Assembly (NCBI GenBank): GCA_034780895.1
Contig: JAUZTB010000076.1
Span: forward strand, 22,110,912 to 22,174,911
Direction: 5' to 3'
Origin: Rhynchobatus australiae
Lineage: Eukaryota
Length of the DNA: 64,000 nucleotides
A program made the translations under genes and the position numbers. Within the stretch, counting starts at the first letter, position 1. Every line of letters begins with the position of its first letter. Of the stretch, positions 11,106 to 23,425 are shown one piece after another. The notes under the pieces are model-generated. The model was not told where the DNA came from and made no database searches. It worked only from the letters and a program-made list of their open reading frames with translations.

Positions 11106-13254
11106 TATGGTATTGAGATAAATGATCAGCCATGACCGTGCAGTTATAGACTGCACTCTGGGAGGAAATGACAGCTGTGAAATTGCCCGATAATTTTGTT
11201 ACAAAATGCTGAAACAGACTTGAAGGGCCAAATAACTTACTCCTGCTCCTATAATCTATGTTTCTGTGGCTACAAAAAGAATTCAAAGGTCAGGTGTTCT
11301 GCCCTAATGACCACAGCTAACAAGAGCAAGCCAAAAAAGGACCTTTGAATCTCTATTTTACCTGTTCTCCCATCTGCCTAAATGCATTTCATTTATTGTT
11401 CAATCTGTGACCTAATGAATTAATACCTCAGGAATGACATGTCAGTAATATGTGATTCCAAGGGAGGACTATGGGAAAAATATTAAAATCCTATGACCTG
11501 GGGTGCTGCTATGGAGATGAATAGAACTGGTATAGTCATGGTGCAGTCTTCTCTCCGACAGAGAATTTGTCTTTGCTGAAGTGCTAAGGCACGTTAATTA
11601 AAAAACTCACGTGTCCCTTTATGTAAGACTGCCTGAGGACTAAAATGATTAAATCTGTCAAAACCTAAAGCCATTATAGCTTTAACAACCTCAAAGGAGG
11701 AATGCATGGAGGAAAGAGGAGAAAAATGTGAGTGCTTACAATTGTGTGCACATTCCATGTATGTTGGTGATGGACTCTTAGTTAGTTCTGACTGACCAAC
11801 ATCTATTTTTGCAAAATATTAGGTTGTTTCTGTCGTTTAAAAAGAAGGATTGTCTTTGGTAATTCAGTTTTTGGTTTACCCAACTTTCCATGAAATCAGC
11901 ATTATTCTTTGTATGATGAAATAGTGATTGTGCTGCTTTGCTATGTGAAATGTAATGATGGGGTATGAGAGGGAAAATTCAACTGTCCTGTGACTGCAAC
12001 TAAGAGGCACACAAGAAAGGAATGCAAGTCAGAGGTAGATCAGAAAGCAGCAAACCTCCAACTTACTCTCTTTTTTAATTGCTGCTTCTCGCTGCAGGTT
12101 TGAACATTCTGAGTTTACCTTATCCAATGTTCATTGCTTGTTTTCATATGCAGGGCTTACTCATTGTAAAACCTCTCAATAAACATCTGCCACTCTCAAG
12201 AGTTGATCACTGATTAGATCAAGGTCCTTTGGTGTGGTTACCCTACCATAGCCCTTTGCCAGTTCATGACATCATTATATTTGTGACCACTAAGGAATAA
12301 AGGTACCTGAAAAATAACGAAACCACGCACACATGTTACTAAAACAGTAACTGACTTATTGGGCCAATCTCACAGCTGTCAATTCGTCACAGAGTGCAGA
12401 CAATAGTTATAATAATTGCATTGATTGAATAAATTATTGAGACCCTGCAATTATTCCTTGCTTCCTCTTAAACAATCTGGGCACATATTCCTCGGTTAGC
12501 TTGACATGCAACAGAGAAACCAATTGGAGAGCTTATTTAGCAACAGCATTGGACACTTTGTACTGTGCTCAGCGCTAACTTCTGGGTTGCACTTACCTAT
12601 TGTATGTGTGTGAACTCTTCACATTCTGCCAGCATCAGTGCCACTGCCCTTCCATGTAGCAGGACAGTGAAAAACCAGCAAACAGGCCACAGGCAGTAGA
12701 AACTAAAGCCCCACCTATGGACCACCTCAAGGGGCTTCTTTGGCTCAAACTCTCAAAGGCTTTTTCCATTGTTTAGATATGTTTCTGGTCATCACAGACT
12801 GTTAGAGACAATAGGAAAACACTTAGATGATTAAAAAAATTAACAGAAAATAATAATTTCACTTAAAACCACAATCAACTTATATAAGTTGACTAAAACA
12901 TTAAAATTAATTAAAATGAAGCAAAAGGAAACACTTTATTTTCATTTTATTTTTGTGAAGATCTTTGACCATATTTAAAGATGATGGCTGAAGTAAAGCT
13001 GACAGTCTGGATTCAAAGCAATGGTGAGTCCAGGGCAGATGTGGAAGTCTGGAATGAGCTGGCTGTCGGATGCGAAGGGACCTGTCAGTCAGCCATAACC
13101 ACATTTGGCCCAGCATGTTGACACCTTTGCAAATAGTCTTCCACTCTTTGCATTTTAGACCAAGGTAATCCTGCTTCCCAAAAGAAAAAATAACAATAGC
13201 AATTGAATATAACAGCTGAGCAATTCAGGCAGAGGGCAAACAACATCATCCCTG

Positions 13255-13555
13255 CATCTAACCTGCCTATCTCGGTAAGAATTCTGTATGGTTCAATGAG
13301 ATCAGTTCTCTTCCTACATAACTTTAGAGAATAAAGGCATGGTCAGCTAAATCTTCCCTCAAAGGACAAACATGCCAGTTCAGGAATCAACCTTTTTATT
13401 CTCTCTATCATCAGTATATTCTCCCTTTGTTAGAGATACAGGGCATATTCCATTGCGATCTCTTCAGGACCCAATGTAATTGGAGCAAAATGTCTTTTTT
13501 CTTGTATTTAAATCCTCATTGCAATAAAGGCTAACACAGTACTTGCCTTCACCTG
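13255..13555 (-). mobile_element. Decayed CR1 LINE fragment
   Basis: tcaatgagatca...caggaatcaacct...gcaataaaggctaacaca...ttgccttc resembles CR1 ORF2 in reverse. Confidence 0.6.
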
Positions 13556-13574
13556 CTTGGCATGGGGTTCAACT

Positions 13575-15445
13575 TAGTCAGAGCAGAAATTGCAAAGACC
13601 TTGGCCACTATTTTGGTGCTTAGATGTGGGGATGGTGCCATAGGACCTCAAATATTACACCATTAGGAAAAAAGAAAGCAGAGGTTTCAACTTGGCATCT
13701 ACAGGCTGATCAGTCTAATGTCAGTGATAGGGAAGACTTTAGAGACCATAACACTGGGTAAAATTTCTTCACACATGGAAAAGTATGAGCTATTAAATAC
13801 ATGTCTTTGTTAATAGTAAATCATGTCTGATTAACTTTATTGAGTTTTAATCAGAAGGAACAGGAAGACTCTATATGATCTATTTATGACAGAGAGCTTA
13901 TAATAAAGTGCAGCTTGATAGGCATTGGCAACTGAACACGTGAAAGTAAAGGGACAATGGATATAAAACTTGCTAAGAGAAAATGCAGAGAATATTTGCT
14001 GATTGTTGTTTTTCTCAGAGGGAAGGAAGTGTCCATTGATAACCCTAGGCGTCAGAGTTGAGAGTGCTGCTCTTTTTGATGACTTATATTCCATGTTCAG
14101 GGCATAATTTCAATGATTGTAGCTGAAATAAACCTGAGAAATATTATGACGAGTGGGAAGGATAGTAATAGAGGTAAAAAAGGACAAAGACAGGCGAAGG
14201 ACATGAGATAGATAAAGTTTAGCCGAGAGTGCAAGTGGTAGATAGAATAAGGAGGAGTAAGTTATCAAATTTTAAAGGAATGCAGGAACAGTGAGACTTG
14301 GTATGTACATCTGCACAACTCTTGGAAAGTGTCAGATCATGTTAAAAAAACAGCTTTGGCTACAGAGCAATAAAATACAAAAGCAAGGAAGTTACACTAA
14401 ACTTGTAAATCACAGGTTAGGCCACTGGTGTATTGCACTGAATTCTGGATGCCACACCATTGGCAGGTCATCCAAGTCTAGGGGAGGGTGAAGTAAAGAT
14501 TTATTAGAATGGTTCCAGAATGAGAGACTCGAGTTATGTGGAGAGACTGGAGAGGCAGATATTGTTCTCATTAGAGCAGAGAAGGTAAAGGAGATTTCAA
14601 AAAGTTATCCAAAACTATGTATGGTTTTGATGGAATAAATGAGGGGAAACTGTTTTCAGTGCAAAAGAATTGGTAACTAAAGGACAACGTCACATGGTGA
14701 TTGGCAAAAAAACCAAAGGCAACATGAGGAAAGAGTGAAAACAGACTGAACGGTAATACTTCCAAATAGAACTCAATACAGGCCATCCCCCGTTTATAGA
14801 CATCCATAAATCTATTTTGTCCATCAGCCGGAAAATACACTAAATCGCTCAGTATGATAACTGTACCCCCACAGTATTGAAATAAATGGTGTTGACGGGG
14901 GCCAATTATTATGAACATTTATTTATTGTCTTCCCCTGCCTAGTTCAAATGGTACAGAATTAGGATGTCCCAAGCTCAATGGTTGGTTTTGATGGGCTTG
15001 AAGTATCAGTAGATGTAACATTGTTTAATGAGTATCATTGTGCAAGTATCAACAGAAGCAATTGCTTATCAATTTCCAAAGCAACTCTCTCAAGTGGCCA
15101 CCCGCGGTGAAATTGGTGGCCTGTGTTCTTATGAGACAATGGTGTCTGATTACTGCAGGGAGGTTACATCTAAATAGGTTTTTTTTCTCAAGACTGGTTC
15201 TCATTTGAATTTAATAATATTTATGGGAGCTCGTTCGTATGTACAGGTATCCGTAAGTTGGGTGTTTGTAACCCGGAGAGACCCTGTAAACATTATTATT
15301 ATAAAATATGTATATTTAAAATATTTAACTCATGAATAAGATTTACATGTTTAAAGGAAGGGGCAGAAGCGTGGGGCAACCAAAGGGCAATCTGGACATG
15401 TGCACAGTGGGTTAAATGGGCCTGTGCTGTGCTATGCTTCCATTA
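13575..15445 (+). mobile_element. Heavily decayed CR1 LINE (ORF2 to 3' tail), interrupted by a MITE
   Basis: cagtctaatgtcagtgatagggaag, aattctggatgccacac, gagttatgtggagagactggag, ttagagcagagaaggt; 3' tail gggttaaatgggcctgtgctgtgct at about 15410-15435. Confidence 0.65.
14779..15286. mobile_element. Tc1/mariner (Tigger/pogo-like) MITE
   Basis: Left end TA|CAGGCCATCCCCCGTTTATAGACATCC; right end reverse complement TA|CAGGGTCTCTCCGGGTTACAAACACCC; imperfect TIRs with TA flanks. Confidence 0.6.
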
Positions 15446-16182
15446 TACTGTACCATGCTAATCATCTGTTTCTGTGAGTGGGATTGCCAGATCTACATCT
15501 CCTTTTGCTGGAGATGGTTGCCAATTCAATTAAGATTCCAAAATTCATTTCTCTGAAGTTCCAAACAGTTAACGGTGCACGAAAGTTTCCAAACTACCAA
15601 TATGTAGGAGTCACCATCATGGACGCATGAAACGGGTGATTCCAAGAATTCTGTGATCCCATTTCCATTCTGAGATAAATTATAGCGTTATTCTTCTATT
15701 TGCTTTGTTTTACAGATAGATTTCTGCATGATAATAGGTCCAGGAGACGGGAATCAGCCTTGATACACATCTGGAGTTGTACTGGAGCAGTCAGGTTTTT
15801 GAAGAGATCTTCCTTCTTGTACCTCTGAAAAGTAATTTCTTTTTTAATGCTTCTGAAACCTCCATGTTTTACTTCAATGACCTACACATGTCTACAATTT
15901 TTTTCAATGTTTCATATTTATGTATCTGCATTTTAGGCATGTTCGGTTTGCAGGAGCACAAATTTGCATTGGAGCAGAAGATGTCATAATCTACACTGGT
16001 CTGATTGTTTACAATAGCTGCATCTTACCTTGGATTGGAAAAAAAAGTGCTTGGGCCTTGCAAGAAAGAAAATGATTATTTGCAAGTAGCCTAAATAAGC
16101 TTCATTTTTAAAATTATTGGCAGGCCCTATTTTGGCTTTAGATGTAAGCTCAGAGTTTCCCATGGACTGCAAGATACTGCCT

Positions 16183-16267
16183 GCTGTGGCTGGCTGGGTT
16201 CCTGGCAGAGTGATTTGATTTAATAATGTAAAATCACATTGCCAGGGATTACCAACCTGTCACCAGC
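16183..16267 (+). ncRNA. mir-23: microRNA precursor, miR-23 family
   Basis: 3p arm ATCACATTGCCAGGGATTACC at 16233-16253 (miR-23b-type); 5p arm TGGGTTCCTGGCAGAGTGATTT at 16195-16216; arms complementary, with lower stem gctgtggc...gtcaccagc. Confidence 0.97.
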
Positions 16268-16739
16268 TATTGCCGACAACTCCTTGCTGAAAAATGCATT
16301 TTGCTATTGGGGAGAAAAGAATTGTGGATTTTTCCACATTCTTAACAATTAGGGAATGAATAGACCACAAAAAAGGCTGAGGACATATCTGGTTTGCCAT
16401 CTGCCTTCTTGATGATAACGTGGCAGATATATTCTGCTCTCAGACATTAAGGGTGAGGAACCTCTCCAACTTTTATGATATCCTCGAAGATGGAAAGATT
16501 GTAATCAAACAAGGGGTCATTCAATATTAGGCAATAGTGTAAAATGCACAGCATCATTTGGTGATCAATTAAACATAACCCCCGAGTACTGTTTCCTTTG
16601 AAATTAATGAAAATGAGAATCAGGAAATAGCTAGCCATCAGGAATTTTACCCTATTGCCTAACAACACCCACAGACCAAAATCAGCTAGTTTTTATATAA
16701 CATTTTGAATGTAGGTGTTCCACAGGAACACTATTAAAT

Positions 16740-16890
16740 AAAATTTGCAACCAGGGCAGAGAAGGAGATAAAGGGGCAGATTACCAAAACCTTCTTCAAA
16801 GAATCAGATTTTACAGAGCATCTTAAATGGAGTTAGAAACGTTTAGCAAGAGAATTACAAAGCTTTAAGGCTTTGGCAAATGAAGGCATA
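16740..16890 (-). mobile_element. Decayed L2 LINE 3' fragment
   Basis: aaggagata...ggcagattaccaaaacctt...caaagaatcagatttt...gcatcttaaa...gagaattacaaagcttt...tgaaggca. Confidence 0.55.
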
Positions 16891-17169
16891 ATATTTTTCC
16901 AATGTTAGCTTTGGCTTGAACACAATCGATAGTCAGAAGGGAGCTCATGCTTGTGTCCTTGGTGTGCTGCTTACCTTCAGCTGTACTAATTGGGTGGGTG
17001 GTAAGGAACAAGACCTGGGTTAAGATTACCCCCAGTTTTTCTCAAGAATGGTTTTATTCTAACATTCACTTTTAATCGAATGCATTTATTAGGGTGGCCA
17101 GCACATCAATGCAAAAGGATTATTTGTAAAATCTGGTGATCCTCAGTTTGAAAGATGTATTGAAAATCG

Positions 17170-17290
17170 AGAAATCTACAATCGCTGGAAATCTGAAACA
17201 AAACTAGAAAATGTTGGAAATGTTTAGCAGGTCGGGCAGCATCTGTGGAAAGAGAAACAGAGTTATTGTTTCAGGTCAAACGCCCTTGAA
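17170..17290 (-). mobile_element. Penelope-like terminal repeat fragment
   Basis: gctggaaatctgaaacaaaactagaaaatgttggaaa...gcaggtcgggcagcatctgtggaaagagaaacagagtt...tttcaggtc. Confidence 0.8.
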
Positions 17291-18057
17291 AGAAAGAATT
17301 ATTAATGATGTAAGGAAAACGTGAAAAGGATTGCCAATTCATCCTAAGGCCATAAGCTCACCCATTTACATTGCCAATTGGCCATTCATTTCCAATAATT
17401 TTCCAATCAGAAAGATTGGAAAGTGGGTTCCTGCCTTAAAATGGAACAAAAACTACCAAGATAACTCAGTTATTAACTTTTGTCTAAAAACTGCATCAGG
17501 GTAAAAATTGCACAAGGTCACCTTCAGAGAGAGAACCAGAGCTGACAGAGTTAATTGTGCAGGTATAAAATCGAATCTTCCCCATCCAAGAAAAATATAT
17601 CATGACAAAATATACTCCTGTGTTTAGTTGCTTGTTTTATGCTCCTCCNNNNNNNNNNNNNNNNNNNNNNNNNNNNNNNNNNNNNNNNNNNNNNNNNNNN
17701 NNNNNNNNNNNNNNNNNNNNNNNNNNNNNNNNNNNNNNNNNNNNNNNNTTACTTGTGCAGGTATAAAAGCGAATCTTCCCCCTCCAAGAAAAATATATCA
17801 GGACAAAATAGACGCCTGTGTTTAGTTGCTTGTTTTAAGCTCCTCCTTTTGGTTTATATAAAAAAAAAGACTGAGACTGTTGACTTCTTTTGAAAAACAA
17901 AAGCAAATTCTGCCTTGTCTGTACCGACAGGAGGAGTGAGCCTGTGTCCTTGATGTGCCAGTGTTTTGTTTGCTACTCACCTTCAGCTGTTTCAGATTAT
18001 GAAATGCATGGCCACGTGGAGATACTAAGGGAGCCTGCAGGAGGGATTTTGTGTCTG

Positions 18058-18149
18058 AGCCCTATGCGGTGAAGGACTTAGCTAATTCTGTGAACAGATC
18101 TTTGAACGCCTTCATGTTCACAGTGGCTAAGTTCCGCACCTCAGGGGTT
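18058..18149 (+). ncRNA. mir-27: microRNA precursor, miR-27 family
   Basis: 3p arm TTCACAGTGGCTAAGTTCCGC at 18117-18137 (miR-27a-type); 5p arm AGGACTTAGCTAATTCTGTGAACA at 18073-18096; arms complementary, with lower stem ggtg/cacc and agccct/aggggtt. Confidence 0.97.
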
Positions 18150-19299
18150 GAACTCAAGAGGATTTCCGGACTTCCATTTGCAGTTCATATGTCAGTGCAG
18201 GCTTATGTCAATCGGTCCCCAGGTCTTGCTGGTGCTAATTATTCTTCTTGTTCTGTGTGATTCAATGCACTGTTTTCCAGAATGTTTGAATTCAACAGGC
18301 TGATTAAAGCAAGGTGGAGTTAAGTGAGGATCTTGGGTCCGAATGCAGATACCCCATTTTTTTTCTCAGAATACTCTCCATACCTGCCCAAAAGTCATGG
18401 CAGCATCAACTGCACACATAACCTTAACCAGACCGGTGTCACTCATTTACTCACAAATTGTGATTATATTGCACATCCCTGGATAATATCATGAATTCTT
18501 CTTTATTATTTATTTCTAGCCTAGGTACAATTTCAAACTATTCCAAACTTATGGTGAGCAGAAAAATAATCAGTTTGCCTTCACTTAAATTCAGGTTAGA
18601 GAGGTAGGATATCAGCACAAAATCCTCCACTTTCTGCACACCTGCCTCTTCCACTACCACTGCACCACAAATATTTTAATTCCTTCAGTTACTTGTGGCA
18701 TCAGTCCAATGCTCAATAAGTTACTTGTATCAGCAGTACTTAAATAATTTTTGAAGCTACAGTGATACATACTATGAATGCAGGAGCAAAAGTGACAGGT
18801 TACTGCAGGAATGTCTTATAGTACTTTGAAACAAGAGAGGAAAACTACAGAAGCAGTGTTTTTTGTATAAGATTTAGAAATAAATTAAATGCACTTTTCG
18901 TTTGAGAATTTTACTCAAAAGGCCAAGACACATAATATTCAGTCAAATAAAGGCTGATGAGTAAATCAGCAGGTAGTGATCAGATAAAGCCAAGCGAGTA
19001 TTTTAGAGCCTATAGATGGAAGAGAAGAGTGCATGAATATCTTAATAATTCCACATCGCCAAGGGCTTGTGGAAGAAATACTTCAGATGAATCAGTTCAT
19101 CTGAATTTCACTGGTGATGATTGAAATTGGAAGCAAAGAGCAACAAAAGAAGAAAGTTCACAGGATTACTAATAAAGAAGGGGCAACAAAGTGGAAGAAG
19201 ACTACTGTGAGGAGAGAGGTGGGAGGATAATGAGGGATCAGTTATCTTACACAGCATTACCTTGCAATCAGTTCTGGAGGGCAGAAGAGACGTTACTGA

Positions 19300-19585
19300 A
19301 TGAAAATCAAAAAAACTGCAGATGCTGAAAATTTGAATTAAAAAACAGAAACTGTCAGCATCTGTGGAAAGAGAACCAGATTTAACATTTCATTTCAAAG
19401 ATTGATGAGTCAATCAAGAGGCCAGGAAAAGCTAAACTTGTATTTTGGAGTGCAACAGAAGGAAGGAAAGAGTGCCAGAAGTATCCTAATAAGTCCACGT
19501 CAACAACGGCTAGTGGAAGAATTAATTGAGTTTTGATGAAGCATCTTCAATCTGAAATGTTAGTTCTGTTTTCTCTCTGAGTCTG
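19300..19585. mobile_element. Penelope-like terminal repeat fragments
   Basis: actgcagatgctgaaaatttgaa...gcatctgtggaaagagaacc, and an inverted arm ttgatgaagcatcttcaatctgaaatgttagttctgtttt. Confidence 0.7.
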
Positions 19586-22500
19586 GATTTTAGACACTGT
19601 CTAGTATTATAAGAAGAAAATAGTGTTATCAATGAATAGAAGCTCCATTACATCAACAGCAGAGACCAGAGTTAAACTAATATTAGGGGGGGAATCATCA
19701 GGTTTAAGCAGGGATATTTGATGCAATGTCCACTGAAGAGATCTGATCAGAAGGAATGTGAACTGTCAGCTAGTATGGGTGATGTTTTATATCCTGTAGA
19801 AATGGCCATTGACATGGAATGGAAGCAGAAGGCATGGGGAAGCCATCGGCTGCACAATAAGGTGGAGTGACTGACAAAAATGAGGGCAACATTAAGTCCC
19901 ATCAGGGCTAGTCCAGGCATCTTTATGTAGAGTTTTATTTCCATTCCTGGGACACATTTAAAAAAAATCTCTTAAAATCAATTCATTGGATCTGGCTCCA
20001 AAGGGTCTGGAAAATTTCTCCTCAAGTATTAACAGAGATATCAAGTAAAGCAGAAGTAGTTCGCCTAAATCTATGGAAAAATAATAATGTAAGTGAAGAG
20101 GGAATGATCCAAGCTCACACAGCATTCTGTGCCATAAAACATTTTAAAGGTTTGTTTTTAGTTTAAGAACAGGGCTTACTCAAAACAGCTTTTCACACAG
20201 AAAATTGATACTTAGGTGCTAATCCTACATAACCATGCAAACAGTTACTGTACCTCAGTTAAGGTACAACACATCATGAACTTCTAACGGATCTAAAAAT
20301 GCCTTACAACTCTTTCAATGCTGACATAATGTTTGATATTAAAGGGATCTGCTAAAAAAAAGACCCTAATGTTGTGAATTCCGAGAAAGGAGATTTCAAC
20401 ACAGAATTGTATGTTTTTGTTTGTTAGAATTATCAATACATTTAACTTTTATAATTATAAAGTATATACAACACAGAAACAGGCTGGTTGCAATAGGTCT
20501 ATACCACCGTTATTCCACAATTTTCTTATAGCTCTTTGCAAAATGTGAATGTGAATACAAAAATGTGAAAATGTGAATTGGGAATACAAAATTAAATTTC
20601 ACATCTAATAGTTATGAACTTCCCAGTAAATGGATTGACTCGATTCCCACTTGAGTACATTGAACACAAACAACCTCTCAATGACAGGAGACCATGAAAA
20701 ACCACTTGTTTCTACCATAGAGGTCTGTTATTTGTAACCTAATAAATAAACTAATTTATTTGTTGCTTGTGAATTAATTGTAAAAAAAAGCTAAATTTTG
20801 TAGTGGAAAAGGGACACATTTTTCTAAGTTTACATCTCTTTGATGAATACAAAAAAATGTACCAGATGATGCAAAATATTAAAGAAATCATGCTGATGGA
20901 AGTATCAATGTCCCCTTTGATCTTTCTACTATGGTTTCAAAATGTTGGTTAGAAGTAAAATGTTTAGTTTTGCATTTCCTTTTCTGTGGCAGAGGTTGGG
21001 ATTGTGGGACATTTGTGGTGCTGGAGAAATGAAAATGCTATTAGAGACAGGCCACCATAGAATATGTCCATCCTGAGGGCTCCAGCCAAAGGGCATCAGA
21101 GCATGTTTAACATGTTTCACCCAGAGGAAGAATCATCCTGAAGCTCAAGAGCCTCCTTTGCATTTGGCACAAAAGGTTATCCCTGGGGTGTCATTGATAT
21201 TCTTTGATTGATAGGATGTTGGAATCATTACGTAGATTCACTCTGGGCCATTAAAGGTTGCATAAGTCATAGTTTATTTCTAAAAGTAGAGATTTCTTCA
21301 ATCAAAGACAGAGTGTGTCCTTTGAAGTATGTTTTAAGACCAGCTTGTTTTTATCTCTGTGTGTGCAATGTTTTGTTTGGATTGTGCAAATATGAAACCT
21401 AATAAAATTTTAACTATTGAAAATGCGGCAACAAAGGATGACTGAGAAACCCCAGCAAATTTAGAGATCTAATATTTATAGAGTTTTACAACATATAGTG
21501 CCACGTAGCAATTCATCTGAACACGATTCCTCCTTAAACTCCAAACTTCCTGTATACATGTGTCCACACCCTGTTGCATTCTCCTCAATTCATCTCCACA
21601 GGAACAAAGCATTTCATGGAGAGTTTATACCCACTGAAATTGGGCATTAAAAGTAGTGAAGTGTTTATCACCGGGTGATTATGTTGCATTGCTTATTCCT
21701 GCTATAAATAAAACAGAAATGTTAACATGGGGATTTTTTAACTAAAATATTTTTTTACCTAATAACTTAAATGCATTTCTCTGACCATTTTTATGACATC
21801 AGAATTTTCCTAGCAATACTTACTAAATGCAACTTTAATGTCAGTTATAAAAAAGGGATATATGAGAATTTGCTGCCTAAAGATTTGTACATCCCAGTTG
21901 GTAAAATTGCTAATAGTTACTTTATGCTCAATCGTACCTCAGCAACCTGGTCCACTTGAGAACAACACATTTTGCTTAGAAATTGCCTTGTGCAAATTAT
22001 CACTTTTAATTTATTAACATTTCTATTTAAATAGCAGATAGAAATGTAAAATATTATTACACCTTAGGCTGATGTGTCTCTGAGGATGGAGTAAAGGTGG
22101 ACCAGCACTGTTGGACTGCCAGTACTGTTTCAGGTAAAACTAAAGGGTGATTATTTTAAGGAATGGTACTTTGTGTAAGAGAGGGGACTGTGAAATTGCA
22201 TAAGATATAATGCAGATATCTNNNNNNNNNNNNNNNNNNNNNNNNNNNNNNNNNNNNNNNNNNNNNNNNNNNNNNNNNNNNNNNNNNNNNNNNNNNNNNN
22301 NNNNNNNNNNNNNNNNNNNNNTGCAGATATCTGACTCAACAGCTTTATATTGATTCATCTGACTTGCCATTTGGAACTAAATGCTTTACAGGGACAGGAA
22401 GGTGAATTGTATTAGTTCTATTCTTCTTCCACATGATTTTTCAGAGTGGCAAAAATGCCCCCAACCATAACTTCCTCAATTTCTAGTCTCTCTGAATGAA

Positions 22501-23340
22501 GCAATTGCAGAGCCTTACACATTATTAAAACATTTCTTGATTAGAAATAAGGACTGGCTCTCCTTTCATAAGAGAACAGGATTTGCTATAGACTAATGCT
22601 GAACATGAATTGTATTGATTAAACCATTTTTGAATACAATAGTCAAATGTATGGCCATATGGATTGGTGTATTGAGCTTAAATCTATTTAATATTAACCT
22701 TCATTTAAACTGGTTTCCATTGAGATGTATACCTATTAAGAGAAATCCTTAAAGAGTCCTGACTTTGCTAAACTTTCTTAGACATGTTCCCATTTCTGGC
22801 CAGCCCTTACCAGTCTACCCCAAACCCTACAGCTACTAATATCACCCATCATGTTTATTTTACTCACTGGGCATTGCTAGTAGTAAATTGATAGCATCCT
22901 GATTAATAAATTACTCCGTAATAGGATAATGATCATTCAGATTAATTTCTTTTTTCTTGTTCAGACACACTGTAATATAATGAGCAACAATTGAAGAGAA
23001 GATCAGAGTGGGTGATGCATTCCTGAAACTGTATCACAGTATTGAATAGCTGATCACATAATATGTAGCATTGCATTACAGATAATTGTATGGCACCTAA
23101 CAGTGTTTGAGTCAAGTTTTAACCTGTGCCCGAATCTTCAAAATACTTCTTTTCATCCAAGTTATTTCATTCCATCAAGCCTACTATCTCTCAATCAATT
23201 ATTCTGGCCCTGGTATAAGGACGGCCAAGTCCCTAGAAGACACAATGCTAATCTATGGCAGAGAAAATTATTTGTTTTGTAGATGTTGCTTGAATACATC
23301 TAGATTACCAACTAAAACAATGTTGACAACTGGAGAATCT

Positions 23341-23425
23341 GGGCCCAATCTCCTGTGCCTACTGAGCTGATAACAGTTGATATTGTCTGCACTGGCTCAG
23401 TTCAGCAGGAACAGGAGTTGTTCCC
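23341..23425 (+). ncRNA. mir-24: microRNA precursor, miR-24 family
   Basis: 3p arm TGGCTCAGTTCAGCAGGAACAG at 23393-23414 (canonical miR-24-3p); 5p arm GTGCCTACTGAGCTGATAACAGT at 23355-23377; ctcctg/caggag stem; CNNC motif (CCAC) at 23432-23435, about 18 nt after the 3p end. Confidence 0.98.

Noticed and set aside
11583-11592. TAAGGCACG (miR-124 5' end) and TGAGGTAG at about 813 (let-7 5' end)
   Set aside because: Matches of only 8-9 nt; the rest of the mature sequence and the hairpin are absent.
23341-23425. Antisense miR-3074-like hairpin on the minus strand of mir-24
   Set aside because: Simply the reverse complement of mir-24; nothing in the sequence indicates independent expression.
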